From a virus (lineage: Duplodnaviria; Heunggongvirae; Uroviricota; Caudoviricetes): DNA of 64,000 nucleotides. The stretch covers positions 1-64,000 of IMG/VR virus record IMGVR_UViG_3300022592_000245; one strand, given 5' to 3'. The notes below the pieces were generated by a model that was given only the letters and a program-made list of their open reading frames with translations, was not told the DNA's origin and made no database searches. Below, piece after piece: positions 47,794-55,613 of this stretch (position 1 is the first letter of the stretch; each line of letters starts with the position of its first letter). Position numbers and translations under genes: made by a program.

Positions 47794-48704
47794 GAGAACT
47801 TTGGGTAGAAAAATATCGCCCTAAAACAATTGATGGTTACGTGTTTAGAGACGACCATCAAAAAAATCAAGTTAAACAATGGATTAAAGAAGGAACTATT
47901 CCGCATTTACTCTTTAGTGGCAATGCCGGAATTGGTAAAACTACCCTCGCTAAAATTCTATTCAATGAATTAGAAATTAACGATTTAGATATTTTAGAAA
48001 TTAACGCATCACGTACTAACTCCGTTGATGATGTTCGTGATAAAATTGTTAACTTTGTACAAATGATTCCATTTGGAGATTTTAAAGTAGTGTTGCTAGA
48101 CGAAGCAGATTACTTGTCGCAAAACGCTCAAGCAGCACTTCGTGGTGTTATGGAAGAATACCATACTACAGCAAGATTTATTCTAACTTGTAATTATCCA
48201 AACAAGATTATTCCAGCATTACACAGTCGATGTCAAGGATTTCACATTGCTAAGGTTGATCAAAACGAATTTACTGCCCGTGTTGCAGAAATTTTAATTA
48301 CTGAAGAAGTTGAATTTGGTATCGATACCTTAGATACCTTTGTTAAAGCAACATATCCAGACTTGCGTAAATGTATTAATATGGTTCAAATGAATAGTAT
48401 GGATGGTACCTTGCATACACCAGAAAGAGGTGATAGCGGAACTACTGACTATAAACTAGAAATGGTTGAGCTATTCAAGGCTGGAAAAATTAAAGAAGGT
48501 CGTAAACTAGTTTGCGCACAAGCTCGCCCAGAGGAGATGGAAGAAATCTATCGCTGGCTATACGATAACATTGAAATTTTTGGCGAAGAAACAAAGCAAG
48601 AAAAAGCTATTTTAATTATTAAAGAAGGTATTCGAGATCACGGACTAGTAATTGACGGTGAGATTAACCTTGCAGCAACTTTAGTTAAATTATCGTTTTT
48701 ATGA
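47790..48704 (+). CDS. sliding-clamp loader small subunit (RFC/gp44-like AAA+ ATPase)
   Basis: RFC box WVEKYRPKTIDGYV. Walker A GNAGIGKTT. Walker B VVLLDEAD. SRC-like …LTCN. Confidence 0.8.
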   Translation: MRELWVEKYRPKTIDGYVFRDDHQKNQVKQWIKEGTIPHLLFSGNAGIGKTTLAKILFNELEINDLDILEINASRTNSVDDVRDKIVNFVQMIPFGDFKVVLLDEADYLSQNAQAALRGVMEEYHTTARFILTCNYPNKIIPALHSRCQGFHIAKVDQNEFTARVAEILITEEVEFGIDTLDTFVKATYPDLRKCINMVQMNSMDGTLHTPERGDSGTTDYKLEMVELFKAGKIKEGRKLVCAQARPEEMEEIYRWLYDNIEIFGEETKQEKAILIIKEGIRDHGLVIDGEINLAATLVKLSFL

Positions 48705-49153
48705 AACAAAAGTTAAAACAAGCATATATGAAAACTGCGGAAACATTCGCAGAACTTAGTCATGCTCGTCGCTTACATGTTGGCGCTATTGTAGTTAAGG
48801 ATGATAGAATTATCTCTATCGGCTACAACGGTATGCCAGCAGGTTGGGACAACAACTGCGAGTTTGAAATCTACGAAGAAAACGGAGACGATGAACCTGA
48901 AGTTATCTTAAAAACTAGACCCGAGGTATTACATGCAGAAACTAACGCCATTGCGAAACTTGCTAGAAGTAACGAGTCTGGTCTCGATGGGGATCTATTT
49001 GTCACTCATGCTCCTTGCTTGGACTGTGCCAAACTTATCTACCAATCAGGTATTAAACGAGTATGGTATCGTACTGCTTATAGGGATAATGCCGGGGTGG
49101 ATTTCCTTAAGGCTTCGCAGGTCAGAGTTGAACAATTAGAAAAGGACGCATAA
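48701..49153 (+). CDS. dCMP (deoxycytidylate) deaminase
   Basis: Zinc-binding HAETNAI and PCLDCAKLI motifs. Confidence 0.8.
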   Translation: MKQKLKQAYMKTAETFAELSHARRLHVGAIVVKDDRIISIGYNGMPAGWDNNCEFEIYEENGDDEPEVILKTRPEVLHAETNAIAKLARSNESGLDGDLFVTHAPCLDCAKLIYQSGIKRVWYRTAYRDNAGVDFLKASQVRVEQLEKDA

Positions 49154-49170
49154 AGCGTCCTTTTTTGTTA
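49140..49170. terminator. rho-independent terminator (GGACGC-ataaa-GCGTCC + T6), bidirectional between convergent genes
   Basis: Hairpin plus T-run immediately after the dCMP deaminase stop and before the phoH stop. Confidence 0.6.
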
Positions 49171-49171
49171 G

Positions 49172-49891
49172 TTAGTTATCACCGTAAATTGCTAGGATCT
49201 CCTTGACAGCATCGTGTCGTTCAATGTCTTTAGCGTCAAACTGTACTATGTCAATGTGACGCATACCTGGCTTGTCTGCTAGCAGATTGCAGAAATTGAT
49301 CAAACCATTATCGTTTAATCTATCTGCTTGTGCTAAGTCCCCTGTTACAACCATCTTGCTACCTTCGCCTAGGCGAGTTAATAACATTTTCATTTGGTTT
49401 ACAGTAGTATTCTGACATTCGTCTGCAATGATGTACGCATTTTTAAACGTACGGCCTCGCATGTAGGCTAGCGGGCTTATTTCAATCACTCCTTCATCAA
49501 GCATTTTGTTGATGTCTTGTTGTTTATAATACTCAAGGAAGACGTCGAATATAGGGCGTGTCCATGGAGCCATTTTTTCATTAAGCGTACCTGGCAAAAA
49601 TCCTAGATCCTCATCTACGGAAACGGCGGGTCTTGTGACTACGATCTTGTCTACAATTCCTTCCTGGAATAACTTAATCCCGTGTTGCACCGCAAGCATT
49701 GTTTTACCCGTGCCAGCTGGCCCGATAGCGAAAACAATACTCTTGCTTTCATCGTTTAGCTTGCTTAGATATACTTTTTGGTTGGGATTTCGTGCGCTGA
49801 TTACGACACGTTGCTTCTTCTGCGGAAGATATGGTTCAAAATCAATTACTTTAACGTCTGATGTGAAGCGTTTTTTCACTCTTTTACTCAT
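49172..49891 (-). CDS. phoH: PhoH-like ATPase
   Basis: Walker A AIGPAGTGKTMLAV. PhoH-family length and conserved blocks (VVTGDLAQ…). Confidence 0.85.
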   Translation of the reverse strand: MSKRVKKRFTSDVKVIDFEPYLPQKKQRVVISARNPNQKVYLSKLNDESKSIVFAIGPAGTGKTMLAVQHGIKLFQEGIVDKIVVTRPAVSVDEDLGFLPGTLNEKMAPWTRPIFDVFLEYYKQQDINKMLDEGVIEISPLAYMRGRTFKNAYIIADECQNTTVNQMKMLLTRLGEGSKMVVTGDLAQADRLNDNGLINFCNLLADKPGMRHIDIVQFDAKDIERHDAVKEILAIYGDN

Positions 49892-50053
49892 CGTAGTTTT
49901 TCTCCTACTCTACATGAAAGCAGGACTTGTAGTGACCGCCTTTGATAACTACAGAGGTCCTACACTATTATTTACATAAATGAGTCCAAAAGTAATCTGA
50001 TATGGTATGATTTTAATCCAGCTAAATAAGAGTACAGAATTCCGGGAATTATC

Positions 50054-50632
50054 ATGCACGATATTTTAGACATTATACGCAACATTGACGACTTATACGA
50101 GAACAATACTAACTTGTCCGTACTAAAAGACTTTGAACGAGTATTAGACGAACTAGACGTTTACGTTTACGAGAACTGGGAAGAAGGCGAATTAGCCTAT
50201 GGCCCTAAAGTAGACCGTCATTGGATCACTGCTGGCTTTATGTGGGAAGAAAAGAAAATGCCTAATCCTATTGCTGCAAAGCGATTAATGGAACTAGGTT
50301 GCAAGGTTAACTATAAAAAGTCACATCTTGTAGAAGCTCGTCCTATTCGTCAACAAACAGATTTACGTCCAGGTACAAAGAAAGGCAAACTTGATCATAA
50401 GCCTATTTGGATTGTAGAAATTCAAATGCCAAAGAAAATTGCATTTGACATTTACAAAGGTTACATGGACAAACTTAAAAACGATTACATGGAGAATAAT
50501 GCTCCATCAAATGGAACTCCACTTCCAGCAGCACCGGGCGGAGCAGCACCAGCAGCACCAGGCGGAGCAGCACCAGCAGCACCAGCAGGCGCACCACCAG
50601 CAGCAGGAGCGGCACCAGCGCCGGCAGTTTAA
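50054..50632 (+). CDS. hypothetical protein with a C-terminal Pro/Ala/Gly tandem repeat
   Basis: …LPAAPGGAAPAAPGGAAPAAPAGAPPAAGAAPAPAV. The tandem repeat is visible at the nucleotide level. Confidence 0.45.
   Translation: MHDILDIIRNIDDLYENNTNLSVLKDFERVLDELDVYVYENWEEGELAYGPKVDRHWITAGFMWEEKKMPNPIAAKRLMELGCKVNYKKSHLVEARPIRQQTDLRPGTKKGKLDHKPIWIVEIQMPKKIAFDIYKGYMDKLKNDYMENNAPSNGTPLPAAPGGAAPAAPGGAAPAAPAGAPPAAGAAPAPAV
50520..50625 (+). repeat. tandem direct repeat (about 24-nt unit ccaggcggagcagcaccagcagca ×2 plus degenerate copies) encoding the PAAPGGAA repeat
   Basis: Direct repetition read by eye. Confidence 0.5.
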
Positions 50633-50633
50633 T

Positions 50634-51368
50634 ATGACAAAGATTAATGAAAGCCTTCGCGCTGATGACCTAAGACACTTTGTTAAAAGTGTTTTTGAAA
50701 TCGACAGCTACCAAAGTAAAATCGGCGATGATCAAGATATTGTCACTTTAAGTTTTACAGTCGACGGAGAAGATCCTGCATCAGACTTAGAACATTTTAT
50801 CGAAATGGGGTTTGATTATGTACTAGATGCCGATGTTAGTCCGGGCGAACTAGATGATGGCAAATATCGTGTTTACGTAGAACTAGAGCGCAATCGTCAT
50901 GTTGGTAAACAAATTAGAGAAATATTAGACGGAATTGAAAAATTAACAGGCGAAGATGACATGCGTTTTCGTTGGTTTAAAAGTTTTCGTAGTCAGGCTG
51001 CTACATTAGAAAATCTCGATGCAGCAATACCTGCTAACCCTAAAGACTACAAACTTGCAACTGAACAACACAGTTTAAATAATTTTAGTAATTTTTTTAG
51101 CAACAGTTATGCAGATGAATTAAATGTAGTTGGCGAGTCAATTAGTTTTAAAAGATTAAATGGCGATACTGTTAATTTTAATATTGTTGCAAGTGGACCA
51201 AAGAGTTATGTGTATGAAACCTTAACTGGCCCAATTATGTTAGAAAGTAAAGATGTAGCAGAGTCTATATTCCTTACAAAATATATTGGAAACTACAACA
51301 TTACTAAAGTAGGTAACACATTCGTATTTGAACGCAGCGGCTGGGCCGTGGCACTTGAAAGGAAATAA
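50634..51368 (+). CDS. hypothetical acidic protein
   Basis: The track ORF 50439..51368 begins in the upstream gene's repeat. ATG 50634 directly follows the upstream stop. Confidence 0.45.
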   Translation: MTKINESLRADDLRHFVKSVFEIDSYQSKIGDDQDIVTLSFTVDGEDPASDLEHFIEMGFDYVLDADVSPGELDDGKYRVYVELERNRHVGKQIREILDGIEKLTGEDDMRFRWFKSFRSQAATLENLDAAIPANPKDYKLATEQHSLNNFSNFFSNSYADELNVVGESISFKRLNGDTVNFNIVASGPKSYVYETLTGPIMLESKDVAESIFLTKYIGNYNITKVGNTFVFERSGWAVALERK

Positions 51369-51370
51369 TT

Positions 51371-52003
51371 ATGGCAGACGGATTTAATTTTGATTTTACA
51401 TTTGAAAAATTTAAAGCATGTGTTGGAAACCCACCAAATGCTGAACACTGGTACGAAGCATTGTGCGACGTACTTCCCGACTACGATATTAACACAGTAC
51501 CACGTGTAGCAGCTTTCTTAGCGCAAACTGCACATGAGTCAGGCGGATACCGTGCAATCAAAGAAAACTTAAATTACAAAGCAGAAAGTCTTTGCCGTGT
51601 ATGGCCAAGATATTTTCCAGATGCTGCTACTGCTCAACAATACGCACAGCAACCAGAGCGCATTGCTAACAGAGCATATGCTAATCGTATGGGCAATGGT
51701 CCAGAAGAATCTGGAGATGGATGGAAGTTCTGCGGACGTGGACTTATTCAGTTAACTGGTAAGGACAACTATTCACGTTACGCACAAGCAACTGAACAAA
51801 CATTAGACGAAGCTAGCGAACATTTAACAACTTTTGAAGGTTGCGTACAATCAGCGGCTTGGTTCTGGGAAGCTAACAACTTAAACCAATTTGCAGATAG
51901 CGGAGACATCCTAACAATGACTAAACGTATTAACGGTGGTACATTAGGATTAGAGGATCGTCAGCATCATTATCAAAACGCTATTCGAGTCCTAGGCGGT
52001 TAA
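51371..52003 (+). CDS. endolysin, glycoside hydrolase family 19 (chitinase-like lysozyme)
   Basis: AAFLAQTAHESGGY…ENLNY and GRGLIQLTGKDNY match GH19 catalytic blocks. Confidence 0.7.
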   Translation: MADGFNFDFTFEKFKACVGNPPNAEHWYEALCDVLPDYDINTVPRVAAFLAQTAHESGGYRAIKENLNYKAESLCRVWPRYFPDAATAQQYAQQPERIANRAYANRMGNGPEESGDGWKFCGRGLIQLTGKDNYSRYAQATEQTLDEASEHLTTFEGCVQSAAWFWEANNLNQFADSGDILTMTKRINGGTLGLEDRQHHYQNAIRVLGG

Positions 52004-52004
52004 C

Positions 52005-52475
52005 ATGCATCAGATTAGCTGGATGTTGAGCTTAATTCCAGATGCAGTATTAAACTGGGTTTATTGGGCAATTATTGCCGTAGGTCTTACAGGTGTATTT
52101 GCCGGCTGGTTTGGTAAATTCATCCCGTTTTACGGAAAATATGTACAATTTTTAAAACCAATAGGTATTGTATTGCTAGTGCTAGGTGTTTGGTTACGAG
52201 GCGGATACGATACCGAAATGGCTTGGCGAGCTAAGGTCGAAGAGGCAGAAGCTAAAGTTGCCAAGGCTGAAGAAGCTAGCAAGGATGCCAATACTAAATT
52301 AGCAGACGAGCGTAGCAAAAAATCTAAAGTTCGTACAGAATACATTACAACAGTTAAAGAGCGAATTGTTAAAGACACACAGATAATTGACTCGGAGTGT
52401 AAAGTTGCACCTGAAGCAATTAAAGATTTAAATGACGCTGCTATAAACCCTGCTAAAAAGGAGATTACAAAATGA
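52005..52475 (+). CDS. i-spanin-like (N-terminal TM plus periplasmic coiled coil)
   Basis: TM helices at the N-terminus. Charged helical C-terminus (EEAEAKVAKAEEASKDANTKLADERSKK). Position right after the endolysin. Confidence 0.45.
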   Translation: MHQISWMLSLIPDAVLNWVYWAIIAVGLTGVFAGWFGKFIPFYGKYVQFLKPIGIVLLVLGVWLRGGYDTEMAWRAKVEEAEAKVAKAEEASKDANTKLADERSKKSKVRTEYITTVKERIVKDTQIIDSECKVAPEAIKDLNDAAINPAKKEITK

Positions 52476-52735
52476 ATCGACTTTTAGCAATTATGTTAAT
52501 AGCAGTACTAGGGGGCTGCACTAGTGTCCCTGTAACAATGAAATTTCCCGATGTTCCGGCAGACATGCTAGAAGCTTGTCCTGATTTAAAACCTGTACCA
52601 GATACTACTAAATTGAGCGAAGTATTACCTGTTGTTGCAGACAATTATAAGCAATATTATGATTGTAAAGATAACACAGATAGCTGGATAGAATGGTACA
52701 AAACCCAAAAGAAGATATTCGACAGCGTGAAATAA
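52472..52735 (+). CDS. o-spanin-like outer-membrane lipoprotein
   Basis: Lipoprotein signal with lipobox LGGC (MNRLLAIMLIAVLGGCTS). ATGA overlap with the i-spanin. Confidence 0.5.
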   Translation: MNRLLAIMLIAVLGGCTSVPVTMKFPDVPADMLEACPDLKPVPDTTKLSEVLPVVADNYKQYYDCKDNTDSWIEWYKTQKKIFDSVK

Positions 52736-52768
52736 ATACGTATATAACAGCCAAAAAGGAGCGAACTA

Positions 52769-53332
52769 ATGGCACTTATAGATTCAGTTTTAAATTTAAT
52801 TAACAAACAACCAAAAGATCCGGATGCACTAAAGCCTCCAGTTGGATCGCGTAGTGAGCGTGAAGCTAAACTAAAAGACAAAGCAGGTATGGTTATTTCC
52901 ATATTTGCATTGTTACTAGCAGTTAACGCATGGTACGGTGGCAAATTATCTAGCATAGTATTAAACAATACACTAGGTGCTAACAACACGTGGGCGCAAT
53001 ATCAAGCTAAAGCAGGACGAGGCGTTAGCTACGAGATTGCATCTAAAACAACCAACGATCCAAAACTAAAAGCAGAATTCCTGGCGGAAAAAGAACGCAT
53101 GGATGCTGAGAAAAAAGAGATTGCTGAGCGAGCAAAAGCAATGGAACACGAGCGTGAGATTGCTAAAAAATCTAGTCCATGGATTGGTTATGCTTCAACA
53201 GCATATCAGTTAGCTATTGTTGTTCTATCAGCAAGTATTCTTGCAGTTAGCATGGCAATGTTCTGGGGTAGTTTTGTAGTGGCAGGTCTAGGACTAGTAT
53301 TAAGCCTTAACGGCTTATTCCTTTGGTTCTAA
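52769..53332 (+). CDS. membrane protein (possible holin or lysis regulator)
   Basis: Three or more TM segments. Adjacent to the lysis genes. Confidence 0.4.
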   Translation: MALIDSVLNLINKQPKDPDALKPPVGSRSEREAKLKDKAGMVISIFALLLAVNAWYGGKLSSIVLNNTLGANNTWAQYQAKAGRGVSYEIASKTTNDPKLKAEFLAEKERMDAEKKEIAERAKAMEHEREIAKKSSPWIGYASTAYQLAIVVLSASILAVSMAMFWGSFVVAGLGLVLSLNGLFLWF

Positions 53333-53358
53333 AGTAAGACAAACAGGAGCGAAATAAA

Positions 53359-54015
53359 ATGGCAGAAGAAAAAGATAGCGGCGGAGCCGAATGGATGCAA
53401 AAACTATGGCGTCCAGCAATGGGTTGGATGTACATGCTAATCTGTTTATTAGATATGGCAGTGTTTCCAGTCTTATGGTCATTGCTACAAGCAATGATGC
53501 ACATGCCAATTACACAATGGAATCCACTAACACTGCAAGGTGCCGGTTTATTCCACATTGCAATGGGTGCGGTATTAGGTATTAGTGCGTTTGGTCGTAC
53601 ACAAGAAAAACTAGCAGGAACAGCAGCTAATCCAACAGCAACAAGTCAAATAGTTACTAACAATCAAAACATGACTGGTAACGTAGCTGGTGGTTTTGGT
53701 AGCAACCAAGGCGGCGGAATGGGCGGGGGCTTTGGTGGTTCAACAGGCGGATTTGGAGGAGCAAGTAATGGCGGATTCGGTTCATCATCAGGCGGGGCTT
53801 CAGCATTTGGCGCACCTGCAGCAGGAGGCTTCGGCTCAACCAGCGGTGGTTTTGGGGCAACAACATCTCCAGCACCAGCAGCGGGTGGCTTTGGCGGAGG
53901 CGGGTTTGGAGGCGCACCTGCAACACCTTCGTTCGGAGGAGCAGCAACAGCAGCACCAGCAGTGACAGCAAGCGGTAAGAAAATAGTTCCTACCGATCCT
54001 GATCCTGTACTATAA
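53359..54015 (+). CDS. membrane protein with a Gly/Phe/Ser low-complexity (GGFG repeat) C-terminal domain
   Basis: N-terminal TM helices. Then GGFGSNQGGGMGGGFGGSTGGFGGASNGGFGSSSGG…GGFGGGGFGGAPA. Confidence 0.45.
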   Translation: MAEEKDSGGAEWMQKLWRPAMGWMYMLICLLDMAVFPVLWSLLQAMMHMPITQWNPLTLQGAGLFHIAMGAVLGISAFGRTQEKLAGTAANPTATSQIVTNNQNMTGNVAGGFGSNQGGGMGGGFGGSTGGFGGASNGGFGSSSGGASAFGAPAAGGFGSTSGGFGATTSPAPAAGGFGGGGFGGAPATPSFGGAATAAPAVTASGKKIVPTDPDPVL

Positions 54016-54025
54016 GGAAAACAAA

Positions 54026-54205
54026 ATGAAAAAATTATTAGCATTATTAATTGTAGGCATCTTTGCTAGCACAGCATACGCCGGTGGTGAATCAAAAAAG
54101 GTTTGCGAAACTAATCCAAAAACAAAAAAGGAAGTTTGCAAAACTATTAAAGTTCATAAGAAAGTAGAAGGCGACAAAGTACCAGACGCAGCTAAAAAGA
54201 AATAA
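54026..54205 (+). CDS. small secreted Lys-rich protein (59 aa) with a signal peptide, not in the track
   Basis: MKKLLALLIVGIFASTAYA|GGESKKVCETNPKTKKEVCKT…. Confidence 0.3.
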   Translation: MKKLLALLIVGIFASTAYAGGESKKVCETNPKTKKEVCKTIKVHKKVEGDKVPDAAKKK

Positions 54206-54215
54206 TTTTTAGCAC

Positions 54216-54244
54216 TTGACAGGTCCAATTAAATAGTGTACTAT
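54216..54244 (+). promoter_or_regulatory. consensus sigma70-like promoter TTGACA-17-TACTAT
   Basis: TTGACA at 54216-54221, 17-nt spacer, TACTAT at 54239-54244. This makes the track's ATG 54236 a non-start. Confidence 0.5.
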
Positions 54245-54269
54245 ACATTATTATTTGGACCTGTTCTTA

Positions 54270-55126
54270 TGACTGATTATTACAATATACTCGGTGTTAG
54301 CCCAAACGCTAGCCCAGACGAAATTAAAAAAGCCTACAGAAAATTGGCTAATCAGCATCACCCCGATAAAGGCGGCGATCAAGCCAAGTTTAAAGATATT
54401 AGCGTTGCATACGATACCTTAAGCGATGCTAACAAAAAAGCCGAATACGATCAAATGCGTATGGGCGGTGGTCGTCAACATCATTTTAATAGCGGCAATT
54501 TCCAAGACTTTGCAGATATTTTTGGCGGAGGGTTTGATCCCTTTGGATCAAGACCTGGCCCGTTCGGAGATATGTTTGGGAGAAGAATGCCTAAAAACAG
54601 AGATTTAAATATCCAGTGTCAGATTACTTTGCTCGATGCTTATCAAGGTAAGCAACTCGAAGCAAATTATACATTGCCAAGCGGTCGCCCACAGACTGTA
54701 ATTATAAATGTTCCACCAGGTGTAAGTCATGGCGAAACAATTCGATATAACGGGTTAGGCGATGACTCTGTTACAGGATTACCACGTGGTAATTTAAACG
54801 TTACAGTAATTGTAATGCCCGATCCATTGTTTACACGCAACGGTGACGACTTATACACTACAATCTTTATTAGCCCAATTGAAGCAATGATTGGTTGTCG
54901 TAAAAAAGTTAAATTTATTAATGGCTCTGAGAAGGAAATTGACATCAGACCCGGTATTGAAACTGGTGTAGAGTTTGCAAGTCCAGGACACGGCTTTGAT
55001 AATCCTCATACTGGCGGCAAAGGTAGATTTATTACTGTTATTAGTATAAGAACACCGAGCATTGTTGACCCGATTATTGTTCAAAAACTAAAAGACATTC
55101 AAGATGAAATTAGTAGTAAATCCTGA
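54270..55126 (+). CDS. DnaJ-like J-domain co-chaperone (no zinc-finger region)
   Basis: J domain DYYNILGVSPNASPDEIKKAYRKLANQHHPDKGG (HPD). DnaJ-like C-terminal beta domains. Confidence 0.7.
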
Positions 55127-55613
55127 TCCAATACTAAAACAGACAGCAGTCGAATGGGACTTTGCTGTAGATACTAACTCTGAAGAAGTAGAAGCTGAAA
55201 TGGTTTCTATTATGAAAACATTACACGGGCGTGGCTTAGCTGGCAATCAGGTTGGGCTTTTAAAGCGAGTATTCACAATACACCTCGATAACCATCCAGA
55301 ATTAAAAGAACCATTTGCAATGTTTAACCCAAAAGTTATTTCAGTAAATGGCGCTCACGAAGAAATGTTTGAAGAAGGATGTTTAAGTTTTCCAAATCTT
55401 TGGTTACAAGTTAAACGTCCAATGAGCATTACTTCAGAATACTTTGACAAAACTGGAAAATTGTGTATAATAGAACTAACTGGAATAGATGCCAGGTGCT
55501 TTTTACATGAGCTAGACCATTTAAATGGAACAGTTTTTACAGAAAAAGTTAGCCAAATGAAGCTATTACTAGCTCGCAAAAAACAAAGGAAAAATAATGG
55601 TAGAACCAAGTGA
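55104..55613 (+). CDS. def: peptide deformylase
   Basis: GLAGNQVG (motif 1), EGCLSFP (motif 2), HELDHLNG (motif 3, HExxH). Confidence 0.8.
   Translation: MKLVVNPDPILKQTAVEWDFAVDTNSEEVEAEMVSIMKTLHGRGLAGNQVGLLKRVFTIHLDNHPELKEPFAMFNPKVISVNGAHEEMFEEGCLSFPNLWLQVKRPMSITSEYFDKTGKLCIIELTGIDARCFLHELDHLNGTVFTEKVSQMKLLLARKKQRKNNGRTK

Noticed and set aside
50439-50633. Track ORF 50439..51368 N-terminal extension (Gln/His-rich)
   Set aside because: It is the alternate frame of the upstream gene's tandem repeat. The true start is likely ATG 50634.
54236-54269. Track start of the DnaJ-like gene at 54236
   Set aside because: The ATG lies inside the -10 box of a near-consensus promoter (TTGACA-17-TACTAT). 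Translation more likely starts at ATG 54270, immediately before the J domain.
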